From: Campylobacterota bacterium
Lineage (GTDB): Bacteria; Campylobacterota; Campylobacteria; Campylobacterales; Arcobacteraceae
Direction: 5' to 3'
NCBI GenBank assembly: GCA_034717895.1
Contig: JAYEMD010000155.1
Coordinates: 2,813-66,812 of the forward strand
DNA length: 64,000 bases
Program-made: the position numbers and the translations under genes
The notes under the pieces: generated by a model
Told to the model about the DNA's origin: nothing
What the model saw: only the letters and a program-made list of their open reading frames with translations
Database searches by the model: none
Part shown: positions 38,641 to 48,555 of the stretch, piece by piece
How the letters are laid out: each line of letters begins with the position of its first letter
Numbering within the stretch: the stretch's first letter is position 1

Positions 38641-41199
38641 ATGGATATTAGAAAAGAGTTTTTAGATTTTTTTGCTTCAAAAGGACATGAAGTGATCAAA
38701 AGTGCACCCTTGGTGCCTGATGATCCCACACTATTATTCACAAATGCGGGTATGGTACAATTTAAAGATATTTTTACGGGAGCCGTTCCTGTTCCGGCAA
38801 CTCCAAGAGCTACAAGCTGTCAGCTTTGTGTAAGAGCCGGAGGAAAACATAACGATCTTGAAAATGTTGGATACACGGCAAGACACCATACGCTTTTTGA
38901 GATGCTTGGAAATTTCAGCTTTGGTGATTACTTCAAAGAAGATGCAATTGCTCATGCTTGGGAATTTGTAACAAAAAACTTAGAACTGTCTGCAGATAAA
39001 CTGTGGGTAACGGTTCATGATAGCGATGATGAAGCTTATGATATGTGGAAAGAGCATATAAGTGAAGATCGAATTATGAGATTTGGTGATAAAGACAATT
39101 TCTGGTCTATGGGTGATACGGGAGCTTGCGGTCCTTGTAGTGAAATATTCTATGATCAAGGTGAAGAGAACTTTAACGGCCCTGAAGATAAGATGGGTGG
39201 AGAAGGGGATAGATTCTTAGAGATCTGGAATCTTGTATTTATGCAGTATGAAAGATCTGCAGACGGTACAATGACACCGCTTCCAAAACCGTCTATTGAT
39301 ACGGGTATGGGACTTGAAAGAGTTATTGCTATAAAAGAGGGTGTACAGAATAACTTTGATTCATCATCTTTTAAACCTCTTATTCAAAAAATAGAACAGA
39401 TCGGCACTGCAAATATAGATGATAAAAATATAGGAAGCTACAGAGTTATAGCAGACCATGTAAGAACAGTTGCATTTATGCTTTCTCAAGGTATTTTATT
39501 TGATAAGGTTGGTAGGGGATATGTTCTAAGAAGAATACTAAGACGTGCTGTTAGACACGGATACCTTTTAGGATTTAGAAAACCGTTTATGGGAAGTGTG
39601 GTAGATACGCTTGTTGAGATGATGGGTGAGCACTACAGTGACCTAAAAGATCAAAAAGATTTTATAAAAGAGCAGATAGATTTAGAAGAGGAAAGATTCT
39701 TCAAAACAATCACAAGCGGTATGGAACTGTTTAATGCAGAGCTTGCAAATACTAAAGATATCTTTAGCGGTGAAGTTGCATTTACACTTTATGATACTCA
39801 CGGATTTCCTTTAGATTTAACAGAAGATATGTTAAAAGACAAAGGTATAAAAGTAGATATTGATACTTTTGAAAAATGTATGGACGAGCAAAAAGCAAAA
39901 GCAAAAGCTGCTTGGAAAGGAAGTGGAGACGAAGCAAGTGAAGGTGACTTCAAAGCTATTCTTGACAAGGTAGGTGTAAATGAGTTCATAGGTTATGAAA
40001 ACACAAAATCAAGATCAAAGATAGTTGCACTTATGGATGACTCTTTTAAAGAAACAGATATATTAAAAGAGGGTCAAACAGGCTGGATGATGCTTGATAA
40101 AACACCTTTTTACGCTACAAGCGGTGGACAAGAGGGTGATGTGGGAGCTTTAGAAGATAATGAGCATATCGCTATTATTGAAGAGACTAAAAAATTCCAC
40201 GGTATGAATATCTCAAAAGTTAAAGTTGAAAGTTCAACATTAACAATCGGTGAAGAGGTAGATGCTGTTGTTGTAAACAGAGATGAGATAGCAAAACATC
40301 ACAGTGCTACACACTTACTTCAAAGTGCATTGAAAATGGTTTTGGGAGATACCGTATCTCAGGCTGGATCTTTAAATGACGATAAGAGACTTAGATTTGA
40401 CTTTACATATGCAAAAGCTATGACACAAGCTCAAATCGATGAGGTGCAAGACCTTGTAAACTCAATGATCGCACACTCTATTGCAGGAAATGTTGAAGAG
40501 CTTCCAATAGAGGAAGCTAAGAAAAAAGGTGCTATTGCAATGTTCGGTGAGAAATACGGGGATAGTGTAAGAGTAGTTGAGTTTGGTGATGTATCAGTAG
40601 AGTTCTGTGGTGGAACACATGTAGAAAATACGGGGCATATCGGAAGTTTTTATATCACTAAAGAATCAGGTGTAAGTGCAGGGGTTAGAAGAATAGAAGC
40701 TGTATGTGGATTATCTGCTATAAACTATGCAAAAGATACTATGGCGAAACTAGCTACCATTGAGGCTGAGGTTAAAAATAAAGATATCGTAGCGGGTATA
40801 AATAAACTAAAAGATCAGATCAAACAATTAAAACAAGAACTTAAAGAGGTACATGAAAATGTTGCCGCTCCTTTAGAGGAACAACTAATAGGTGATATAA
40901 AAGTTGTAGTTGATATTGTACAAAACGGTGATATTAAAAAGCTTGTGGATGATATGAAAAACGGAAATGAAAAAGTTGCCGCATTATTACTTCAAGCAAA
41001 AGGTGACAAAGTTATACTTGTTGCGGGTGTAAAAAATGCTGATATTAAAGCAGGTGACTGGATAAAAGCAGTAGCTCCAATCGTTGGGGGAGGGGGAGGG
41101 GGACGTCCCGACTTCGCACAAGCAGGGGGTAAAGATGCTTCAAAGATAAAAGAAGCAAAAGAGTTTGCAATGAACTTTTTAAAAGAGAAATTAGCTTAA
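38641..41199 (+). CDS. alaS: Alanine--tRNA ligase
   Basis: [26 protein letters not shown], editing-domain HSATHLL...CGGTH, and C-terminal [15 protein letters not shown]. Confidence 0.97.
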   Translation: MDIRKEFLDFFASKGHEVIKSAPLVPDDPTLLFTNAGMVQFKDIFTGAVPVPATPRATSCQLCVRAGGKHNDLENVGYTARHHTLFEMLGNFSFGDYFKEDAIAHAWEFVTKNLELSADKLWVTVHDSDDEAYDMWKEHISEDRIMRFGDKDNFWSMGDTGACGPCSEIFYDQGEENFNGPEDKMGGEGDRFLEIWNLVFMQYERSADGTMTPLPKPSIDTGMGLERVIAIKEGVQNNFDSSSFKPLIQKIEQIGTANIDDKNIGSYRVIADHVRTVAFMLSQGILFDKVGRGYVLRRILRRAVRHGYLLGFRKPFMGSVVDTLVEMMGEHYSDLKDQKDFIKEQIDLEEERFFKTITSGMELFNAELANTKDIFSGEVAFTLYDTHGFPLDLTEDMLKDKGIKVDIDTFEKCMDEQKAKAKAAWKGSGDEASEGDFKAILDKVGVNEFIGYENTKSRSKIVALMDDSFKETDILKEGQTGWMMLDKTPFYATSGGQEGDVGALEDNEHIAIIEETKKFHGMNISKVKVESSTLTIGEEVDAVVVNRDEIAKHHSATHLLQSALKMVLGDTVSQAGSLNDDKRLRFDFTYAKAMTQAQIDEVQDLVNSMIAHSIAGNVEELPIEEAKKKGAIAMFGEKYGDSVRVVEFGDVSVEFCGGTHVENTGHIGSFYITKESGVSAGVRRIEAVCGLSAINYAKDTMAKLATIEAEVKNKDIVAGINKLKDQIKQLKQELKEVHENVAAPLEEQLIGDIKVVVDIVQNGDIKKLVDDMKNGNEKVAALLLQAKGDKVILVAGVKNADIKAGDWIKAVAPIVGGGGGGRPDFAQAGGKDASKIKEAKEFAMNFLKEKLA

Positions 41200-41356
41200 T
41201 TGCTTGTTTTTAATATACAAATGATAAAATAGTAAAAAACTTTAGAAAGGATCTGAGATTTTACACGAACAGCTTTTACAACAACAATTAGCGTCACAAG
41301 CTCAAACGCCTGCTTTTAATACACTGCCGCCCCATATAATAAGTACACTTGATGAG

Positions 41357-41572
41357 ATGGCATACGGTATATCTTTAAAAGAGGAGATGGACTCATATAC
41401 CGTAAAACAAAAACTTGTGGCAAATGTAAACAAGTTAAGTCCTAAAGACCTTGAATATCTTGTTGAACAGCTTTCAATATTGATAGATAGATCTGTTCAC
41501 CAGGAAGAATCTATAGGTGAAGATAATGTGGATAGAGATTTTATCTCTTTTCTTATTAGGCTTTATTACTAA
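41357..41572 (+). CDS. Hypothetical protein (ORF open from 41246; possible AUU start at 41258)
   Basis: The listed ATG has no RBS. Upstream, an AAAGGA (41246-41251) sits 6 nt before an in-frame ATT at 41258, and the intervening 33 codons read like protein (ILHEQLLQQQLASQAQTPAFNTLPPHIISTLDE). Confidence 0.45.
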   Translation: MAYGISLKEEMDSYTVKQKLVANVNKLSPKDLEYLVEQLSILIDRSVHQEESIGEDNVDRDFISFLIRLYY

Positions 41573-41577
41573 AAAAT

Positions 41578-42090
41578 ATGATAGTAAATATATCAAAAGT
41601 AAAAACAGAGGCCTTACTGCTTTTTGCTAGAGATCTGATAGATTCTTACAATAGTCAGGATCAAACAATCTTTGATATAGATGAAGAGATCGTTTTATTT
41701 ATTGATCAAAGGGTAAACGAACTTCTAAAAGTGATAAATAAAACGGTACAGCCTATTGATTATTATATAAGAAACAGTAAGGTATCCAGAATCTCTTTAA
41801 TTTTAAAATCATACGAACAAATCAACAAAACAGTTTCTAAACAATTTAAAAACAATGAGCAGTTCAACCCCTCTATGTTATGTTTTGCACTGTTCTCCAC
41901 ATGGTTTGCGGAACTTGAAAATGTAAAAAATGATCCGGAGTTTATATACTTTACAATATATCCATACAGTGAGATCTATGATAAGTTGTTATTAAATATA
42001 GATTCCTTAGAGTTTAAAAAATTGAACGTAAAGATGTTACATATTGCAGAAAAAAGTGTATTGTCTTTGAACAATTACAGCTTCAGGTAA
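41578..42090 (+). CDS. Hypothetical protein (170 aa)
   Basis: ORF tightly packed between the neighbouring ORFs (5-nt gaps). No recognisable motif. Confidence 0.5.
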   Translation: MIVNISKVKTEALLLFARDLIDSYNSQDQTIFDIDEEIVLFIDQRVNELLKVINKTVQPIDYYIRNSKVSRISLILKSYEQINKTVSKQFKNNEQFNPSMLCFALFSTWFAELENVKNDPEFIYFTIYPYSEIYDKLLLNIDSLEFKKLNVKMLHIAEKSVLSLNNYSFR

Positions 42091-42095
42091 TATAG

Positions 42096-43142
42096 ATGTT
42101 CGGTATAGCAATAGATTACAGAGACCCTTTATTTGCAATTATAATAATAGTTGCATTTATTTTTATAGCTTCTTTCCTTACATATACATACGGTTTATAC
42201 AAAGAAAGAATAGCAAGAGAGGAGTATAGAAAACTTTTAAAAAGATTTGAATTGGGTAATTTAAAAGAGGAAGATTATATACATCTGTATTCAACATATA
42301 ATCTACCCTTTGATTCTATTATCCTTTTAGCTTCAACTTTTATACATGAAGGGAAATACAATAAAGCTATCTCCGTGTATCTGACACTTCTTGAGCATGT
42401 CAATGAGCAGGTTAAAAAAGAGGAACTTCTAGAGCTTTTAGGTGCAGCATACTTTAAAAGCGGTCTTCTTCAAAGAAGTAAAGATGTTTATCTAAAGATA
42501 TTGAAATTCTCACCAAGGAATAAAACAGCACTTAAACATCTGCTTCTTATCTTTCAAAGTTTAAAGGACTATAATAGGGCAAATGAAGTATTGGATGCAT
42601 TGCAAGAACTTGATGAAGATATTATAAAAGAGAAAATATATATAAACATACTCCAGATTATAAATGATCCAATATTAAGTTTTGAAGCAAAATCAAAACA
42701 GTTGTATAGTAATTTTAAACTAAATAAAAAACTTGAAAGAGTGGTAGTGGAGTTTTTGGTTAAATATAATAAAAAGATGTTTTGGGAGCATATTGAAGAG
42801 TTTAACTATTTAAAAATAATAGACTTTTTATGGTACTTTGATTTTGAAGATATTGATTTTGATAAGGTAAACAAGATAAAACTTTTAGAGGATATATATA
42901 CGGCAAAAGGATATATTGACACTTCAAAAAGTACCGGTCAGTTTGAATTATCTGTACTAATAGCTGTAAGAAGTTCACCCTCTAAAGTTGAAGCAGATCT
43001 AAACTTTGAGTTTTTATGTAAAAAATGTAAAAAGGTATACCCTATATATGATTCAAGATGTCCAAATTGTCAGGATATACTTTCATTTGTAGTTGAGCCG
43101 AAACTATCTAAAGCAGCTATTGATATGAAAAGTTTTATGTAA
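42096..43142 (+). CDS. LapB/YciM-like protein: N-terminal TM helix, TPR repeats, C-terminal rubredoxin-like zinc finger
   Basis: TM helix FAIIIIVAFIFIASFLTYTY. TPR-like repeats (GKYNKAISVYLTLLE..., AYFKSGLLQRSKDVYLKILKFSP). C-terminal CKKCKK-x10-CPNCQ. Confidence 0.65.
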   Translation: MFGIAIDYRDPLFAIIIIVAFIFIASFLTYTYGLYKERIAREEYRKLLKRFELGNLKEEDYIHLYSTYNLPFDSIILLASTFIHEGKYNKAISVYLTLLEHVNEQVKKEELLELLGAAYFKSGLLQRSKDVYLKILKFSPRNKTALKHLLLIFQSLKDYNRANEVLDALQELDEDIIKEKIYINILQIINDPILSFEAKSKQLYSNFKLNKKLERVVVEFLVKYNKKMFWEHIEEFNYLKIIDFLWYFDFEDIDFDKVNKIKLLEDIYTAKGYIDTSKSTGQFELSVLIAVRSSPSKVEADLNFEFLCKKCKKVYPIYDSRCPNCQDILSFVVEPKLSKAAIDMKSFM

Positions 43143-43156
43143 ATAATAAGGAAAAT

Positions 43157-43591
43157 ATGAAAGAGATAACAATATACAGTGATGGTTCAAGTCTTGGAAA
43201 CCCCGGTCCCGGGGGCTGGGGAACTATTCTTGAATACAAAGGGAACATAAAAGAGTTAAGCGGAGGTAATCCGCTTACTACAAATAACCAGATGGAACTT
43301 ACAGGTGCAATAGAGGGGTTAAAAGCTTTAAAAGAACCCTGTAAGGTTAAGATTATAAGTGACTCAAAGTATGTGGTTCAGGCGATAAATGAGTGGCTTG
43401 ATAACTGGATAAAGAACAATTGGAGAACTGCCGGAAAAAAACCTGTAAAAAATCTTGAACTATGGCAGGAGTATATGAAAGTATCTCAAGGTCATATTAT
43501 AGATGCTGTTTGGGTAAAAGGACACAATGGACACCCTCAAAATGAAAGGTGTGATGAACTTGCACGTAATGAAGCGGAACTTTTAAGGTAA
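43157..43591 (+). CDS. rnhA: Ribonuclease HI
   Basis: IYSDGSSLGNPGPGGWG, NNQMELTGAIEGL, and SDSKYV motifs. Confidence 0.93.
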   Translation: MKEITIYSDGSSLGNPGPGGWGTILEYKGNIKELSGGNPLTTNNQMELTGAIEGLKALKEPCKVKIISDSKYVVQAINEWLDNWIKNNWRTAGKKPVKNLELWQEYMKVSQGHIIDAVWVKGHNGHPQNERCDELARNEAELLR

Positions 43592-43602
43592 ATAATACAA
43601 CT

Positions 43603-44475
43603 ATGATAATTTCAAGAAATAACCCTCTACTGAAAAAAACAGATATAGCAGGGATAATAATAAAACCGGAGCCGAATGATATTAAGGATATATACTTTGA
43701 TATTATAAAGACTTTTAAAAAAACAGGCTTTAAAATACTGATTGAAAAAATCAGTGCAGATACACTTGGACTTGAAAACGGCTTAGAGTTTGACACTCTT
43801 TGTAAACAAAGTGATTTTTTAGTTACTTTAGGCGGTGACGGTACACTTATCTCCGTAACAAGAAGAGGGTTTAAACATCAAAAAGCTGTTATGGGAATAA
43901 ATTTGGGAACTTTAGGTTTCTTAACTGATATTATGCCAAATGAACTGGAATCTTTTTTAAAAGATTTAAAAAATGAGCACTATAGAGTAGATCACCGTAT
44001 GATGATTCAAGCCTCCATAGGTGATAAAGAGGTGGTATCATTTAACGATGTAGTAATATCAAGAAAAGGTGTTACCGGTATGGTTAAAATAGATGCAAAA
44101 ATAGATGGAAAAACTTTTAACAGATACCATGCAGACGGTCTTATAGTTTCTACTCCAACAGGTTCAACCGCATACAATCTTTCATGCAACGGTCCGGTTG
44201 TTTATCCACTTACGGATGCCTTTATCGTCACACCTATCTCTGCTCACTCACTAACGCAAAGACCTCTGGTACTTCCAGGGGACTTTAAGATATGTTTTGA
44301 AAACGTAAACAGTGAATCAGCTATAGTTATAGTGGACGGTCATGATACCTATGAGCTAAAACAAAACGAAAAATTTACTATCCAGATAGCTTCGGCAAAA
44401 GCTAAACTTATTCATAGGATTGAGCGAAACTATTTTGATGTGTTAAATAAAAAACTTCAGTGGGGTGCAAATTGA
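43603..44475 (+). CDS. nadK: NAD kinase
   Basis: LVTLGGDGTLISV, and the NRYHADGLIVSTPTGSTAYNLS motif. Confidence 0.9.
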   Translation: MIISRNNPLLKKTDIAGIIIKPEPNDIKDIYFDIIKTFKKTGFKILIEKISADTLGLENGLEFDTLCKQSDFLVTLGGDGTLISVTRRGFKHQKAVMGINLGTLGFLTDIMPNELESFLKDLKNEHYRVDHRMMIQASIGDKEVVSFNDVVISRKGVTGMVKIDAKIDGKTFNRYHADGLIVSTPTGSTAYNLSCNGPVVYPLTDAFIVTPISAHSLTQRPLVLPGDFKICFENVNSESAIVIVDGHDTYELKQNEKFTIQIASAKAKLIHRIERNYFDVLNKKLQWGAN

Positions 44476-46001
44476 TAAATAGATTTTACCTAAAAGATTA
44501 CCTATCTTTTAAAGAGGTTGAATTAGAGTTTGGAAAAGGGCTTATAGTGTTTACGGGACCCAGCGGTGCGGGTAAATCTATACTTATTAATTCTATTCTT
44601 TCTCAATTTGGTTCAAGTGACAGTAAAGCAGTACTTAGTGAAGTGGTGCTGGAAGATATAAATATCAAGGATGAGAACTACTCTTTAGAAAAAGATGATG
44701 ATATTATAATAAAGCAGACAACTACCGCAAAGACAAGATACCTTATAAATAATCAAACAATAAGCAAGAAAAATTTAAAAGAGTTTACATCATCTTTTTT
44801 TAAATATCTACATCTAAAAGATACAAGTGATTTTGACTCAGAAAAAATAATATCCTTTTTAGACTTTTTGGCATCAAAAGATTCTTTGGAGTATAAGGAA
44901 ACATTTCAAAACTTTAAAGAGAGTTTTGAAAAATTTACCGAAATAAAAAAGAAACTTCATAAAATAGTTCAAGATGAAAAAGATCTGGAAGATCTAAAAG
45001 AATATGCAAAGTTTGAGATAGAAAAAATAGCTTCAATCAATCCAAAAGTTGAAGAGTACGATGAGTTAAAAGAGATCAAAACCAATCTTTCCAAAAAAGA
45101 TAAACTGCAAGAGATATTAGATGAAGCAGCACCGTTTTTAACAAATTCTCACAAAATATCCCATGCTCTTACAATGCTTGATGAGGATAGTTCATTTTTT
45201 GATGATGCGGTAAATGATGTAAACAATATATTTGAAAAGTTCCAGGATAAACTAGCATCTATGGATGATATGGATATCGAGGAGGTGCTTGACAGAATTG
45301 AACAGCTTTCATCTTTAAATAAAAGATTTGGCGGTATTGCTGAAGCTCTTGATTATAAAAAACAAAAAGAGCTTGAGTTAGAAGGATATGAAAATATCTC
45401 TTTTGAAAAAGCTATTTTAGAGAAAAATGAGAAAAAATATTTTAAAGAGCTGGAGATTTTATCTAAGAAAATTTCAAAGCTACGAGCACAAGCTATGATC
45501 CCTTTTGAAAAAAAGATAAATGAGTATCTGAAGCTTTTATATCTTGATAATTTAAAAATATCACTAGATAAAAAAGAGCTTGATATAACAGGGATAGATG
45601 AGATAAAGTTTACCCTAAACGAGATATCTTTAGAAAAAGTAAGCAGCGGTGAGTTTAACAGACTAAGGCTGGCACTGCTTACTGCTAGAAGTTTTTATGA
45701 GATAGGTACAAACGGCATACTGTTTTTAGATGAGATAGATGCAAATTTAAGCGGTAAAGAGTCCCAAAGTATTGCAAAGGTACTAAGTGAGCTTTCAAAA
45801 AGTTATCAGATATTTGCCATCTCACACCAGCCTCAGTTAAGTGCTACCGCTCATCAGCATTTTATGGTAGTAAAAGAGGATAATATATCTAGTGTAAAAT
45901 TATTAGATAAAAAAGAAAGAATAGCTGAGATAGCTCGTATGATAAGCGGTGAAAATATTACAGATGAAGCACAACAGTTTGCCAAAAAACTTTTAGCCTA
46001 A
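44472..46001 (+). CDS. recN: DNA repair protein RecN (short Campylobacterota type)
   Basis: The TTG at 44472 is preferred (TTGA overlap with the nadK stop, GGGG RBS); the listed start is GTG 44460. Walker A GPSGAGKS, long coiled coil, signature SSGEFNRLRLAL, Walker B LFLDEIDA. Confidence 0.9.
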   Translation: MINRFYLKDYLSFKEVELEFGKGLIVFTGPSGAGKSILINSILSQFGSSDSKAVLSEVVLEDINIKDENYSLEKDDDIIIKQTTTAKTRYLINNQTISKKNLKEFTSSFFKYLHLKDTSDFDSEKIISFLDFLASKDSLEYKETFQNFKESFEKFTEIKKKLHKIVQDEKDLEDLKEYAKFEIEKIASINPKVEEYDELKEIKTNLSKKDKLQEILDEAAPFLTNSHKISHALTMLDEDSSFFDDAVNDVNNIFEKFQDKLASMDDMDIEEVLDRIEQLSSLNKRFGGIAEALDYKKQKELELEGYENISFEKAILEKNEKKYFKELEILSKKISKLRAQAMIPFEKKINEYLKLLYLDNLKISLDKKELDITGIDEIKFTLNEISLEKVSSGEFNRLRLALLTARSFYEIGTNGILFLDEIDANLSGKESQSIAKVLSELSKSYQIFAISHQPQLSATAHQHFMVVKEDNISSVKLLDKKERIAEIARMISGENITDEAQQFAKKLLA

Positions 46002-46589
46002 TATCTCTGTTTTTACCCTCTCAACTTCATTTTGAAGATTTTTAAGATCTTTGCTGTTATCTATAACATAGGTAGCTAGATCTTTTTTCTTCTCTATATC
46101 CATTTGATTTGATATTCTGCTTTTAGCATCAGCTTCACTAATATCATCTCTTTTTATAAGTCTTTGAAGTTGTATCTCTTTTGGAGTATAAACAACCACC
46201 GATCTTTCTATCTTATAGTTTTGTTTTTCAAAGAAAAGGGGTATATCTATAAGATAAGGTTTATTCTGCTGTTCAAATACAACGGCCTCTTTTATGATAC
46301 TTTCTTTTATAAGGGGATGGATAAATTGCTCTAATTTTAATTTTTCATCTTCATTGTTAAAGATAAGTTCACCAAGTTTTTTTCTAAGAACTTTTTTGTC
46401 CTCTATATATTGGCTTCCAAAAAGCTCCTCTATTTTTGTATAGTTTTCATCAAGAAGTTTATGGGCAATTTTATCTGCATCAATTGTTAAAAAGCCGTGA
46501 AGCATAAAGAGGGATGCTACGGTACTTTTTCCCGTAGCTATTCCCCCTGTCAATGCAATAGCATTTTTAAAGTGATTATCGTTTTGCAA
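45993..46589 (-). CDS. coaE: Dephospho-CoA kinase
   Basis: P-loop LTGGIATGKST. The 3' end overlaps the convergent recN by 9 nt. Confidence 0.9.
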   Translation of the reverse strand: MQNDNHFKNAIALTGGIATGKSTVASLFMLHGFLTIDADKIAHKLLDENYTKIEELFGSQYIEDKKVLRKKLGELIFNNEDEKLKLEQFIHPLIKESIIKEAVVFEQQNKPYLIDIPLFFEKQNYKIERSVVVYTPKEIQLQRLIKRDDISEADAKSRISNQMDIEKKKDLATYVIDNSKDLKNLQNEVERVKTEILG

Positions 46590-47223
46590 TACCTGTGATC
46601 CCTTTAGTGATATACGCAGGGTGTATAAATGTTGAGTTTTGCATCTCTGTTGTATAGTAGTTGCAATCCTCTAACAGATCAGATACTTGAAGTACGATCT
46701 CAGCCTGAGGGTGATACTTTTTAGAAGCAAAGATCAAAGTGTTGTGACCAAAGCTGTATGGTACAGTTATCCAGAAGTTCTTAGCAACTGTTGCCAACTC
46801 TTTTTTTGAAACCTCTAAATCTTTATAGATAAAAGATGCTTTTGTACAGAAGATACCACGTGTAGGCTCAATAGATCTTTCAACAGAAGCCATCTCTAAC
46901 TCGTCCGGTGTTTTATCTTTATTGTAAAGTATAATATCAAATTCACCTTCAATATTTAAGTTGTCACTAAATGTGATATCTTTACATTCATGCTTGTCCA
47001 GTTCAGATTTAAAATCCTCCGACACATCACCTACAACTAAAATCTTATTAATATCTTTATGTGAACATAAGGGTACATGTACCATCATCTCGTCATATGC
47101 AAAGTTTTTGTTTTCCATATTTGCCATTATGTATAAGCCTTTTAAATTAATTTTTGATATAATATCAAAATTAACTGAAAGCGTTTTTAACTCAATAGAG
47201 TTTTTTGATTTCTTCAGTAACAA
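46576..47223 (-). CDS. Divergent spermidine-synthase-like protein (Helicobacter-type SpeE), short and with a degenerate dcAdoMet motif
   Basis: YDEMMVHVPL matches the SpeE YHEM..HVPL motif. The C-terminal NYYTTEMQNSTFIHPAYI matches YYN..IH.AAF.LP. The GGGDGG position reads VVGDVSE. Start uncertain (TTG 47223 without RBS, or ATG 47127). Overlaps coaE by 14 nt. Confidence 0.6.
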   Translation of the reverse strand: MLLKKSKNSIELKTLSVNFDIISKINLKGLYIMANMENKNFAYDEMMVHVPLCSHKDINKILVVGDVSEDFKSELDKHECKDITFSDNLNIEGEFDIILYNKDKTPDELEMASVERSIEPTRGIFCTKASFIYKDLEVSKKELATVAKNFWITVPYSFGHNTLIFASKKYHPQAEIVLQVSDLLEDCNYYTTEMQNSTFIHPAYITKGITGIAKR

Positions 47224-47262
47224 ATATAGAATAAAATCAACACAAATAAAAGAGGAATAAAT

Positions 47263-47469
47263 ATGAATTTTTTCGAAAAGATGAGAGCTGTATGTAGACC
47301 ATTTAGAATAATCTTAGGGCTATTAGTACTTTTAATAGGATTTTTACTAGGTGACGGAAGCTTGAATTTAGGATGGTGGTACTTAGGATTATTGCCTTTA
47401 ATTGCAGGATTGGTTAATTTTTGTCCGGCATGTATCATTTCTAAACAATGTGATCTGGAGAAAAAATAA
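47263..47469 (+). CDS. DUF2892 (YgaP-like) small membrane protein
   Basis: 68 aa with two hydrophobic helices and a C-terminal GLVNFCPACI motif. TAATG overlap with purM. Confidence 0.6.
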   Translation: MNFFEKMRAVCRPFRIILGLLVLLIGFLLGDGSLNLGWWYLGLLPLIAGLVNFCPACIISKQCDLEKK

Positions 47470-48464
47470 TGAGTACTATATCATATAAAGATGCAGGTGT
47501 AGATATCGATGCCGGTAACAGTTTCGTAGATAAGATAAAACCTCATGTAAAATCAACAATGATCCCGGGTGTTCTTGGCGGTATCGGTTCTTTTGCCGGT
47601 GCATTTGAACTTCCTACAGGATATAAAGAGCCTGTAATCTTAGCTGGAACTGACGGTGTTGGAACAAAACTAAAATTAGCAATCGACAGTCAAAAGTTTG
47701 ATACGGTTGGTATAGACTTGGTTGCTATGTGTTCAAACGATCTTATTTGTAATTTTGGTGAGCCTTTGTTTTTCCTAGACTACTATGCAACTGCAAAACT
47801 TGAAGTTGACGAAGCTAGTGATGTTGTAAAGGGTATAGCTGAGGGTTGTATAAGAAGTGAGTGTGCATTAATAGGCGGTGAGACTGCCGAGATGCCCGGT
47901 ATGTACAAAGAGGGTGATTTTGATCTTGCAGGTTTTTGTGTAGGTATTGCTGAAAAGTCTGAGATGAACAGAGTAGATCAGGTTCAAGAGGGTGATATAC
48001 TTATAGCTCTTCCTAGTTCAGGTGTGCATTCAAACGGTTTCTCACTAGTTAGAAAACTTTTACTTGAAAAACTAGCTATGAAATTCGAAGATGACTTTAA
48101 CGGTAAACCTTTAATAGATACACTTTTAGAGCCTACAAGAATCTATGTAAAAGAGTTCAAGCAAAATAAAGAACATATCAATGCTTTAGCACATATTACA
48201 GGGGGCGGTATAGTTGAGAATCTTCCTCGAGTACTTCCTGATAATTTAAGAGCAGTAGTTCAAAGAGATAAGGTACAGGTGCTTCCTATATTTGAACTTA
48301 TGGGAGAGCATGTAGAGGAATCTGAGATGTTTAGAGCATTTAATATGGGTGTAGGGATGATCTTTGTTGTAAATCCTTCACAGGTAGATGCAATACTGCA
48401 AAACACTGACGGATATGTTATAGGTGAGATAACAAAAGGTGAAAAGGGTTGTGATATAGTATAG
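47469..48464 (+). CDS. purM: Phosphoribosylformylglycinamidine cyclo-ligase (AIR synthetase)
   Basis: SYKDAGVDIDAGN, GTDGVGTKLKLA, and GGETAEMPGMY motifs. Confidence 0.95.
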   Translation: MSTISYKDAGVDIDAGNSFVDKIKPHVKSTMIPGVLGGIGSFAGAFELPTGYKEPVILAGTDGVGTKLKLAIDSQKFDTVGIDLVAMCSNDLICNFGEPLFFLDYYATAKLEVDEASDVVKGIAEGCIRSECALIGGETAEMPGMYKEGDFDLAGFCVGIAEKSEMNRVDQVQEGDILIALPSSGVHSNGFSLVRKLLLEKLAMKFEDDFNGKPLIDTLLEPTRIYVKEFKQNKEHINALAHITGGGIVENLPRVLPDNLRAVVQRDKVQVLPIFELMGEHVEESEMFRAFNMGVGMIFVVNPSQVDAILQNTDGYVIGEITKGEKGCDIV

Positions 48465-48484
48465 TCACACTTATCACTTTCCAT

Positions 48485-48520
48485 TAAAAAAGGCTAAGCT
48501 TTTAAGCTTAGCCTTTTTTT
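48485..48520. terminator. Bidirectional rho-independent terminator between purM and the porin gene
   Basis: A6-AGGCTAAGCTT-tt-AAGCTTAGCCT-T7. 11-nt perfect arms flanked by an A-run and a T-run. Confidence 0.85.
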
Positions 48521-48555
48521 ATACCCAAGATAGAAAATCTATCTTAGTATAAGTC

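Noticed and set aside
41085-41121. A G-rich run in alaS (GGGGGAGGGGGAGGGGGA ... GGGGG), considered as a phase-variable poly-G tract or G-quadruplex
   Set aside because: No single G-run exceeds 5 nt, which is too short for slipped-strand phase variation. The stretch encodes the conserved Ala[17 protein letters not shown] motif. The fourth G-run is about 17 nt away, so any G4 would be weak. The only oddity is the use of GGG/GGA codons in an AT-rich genome.
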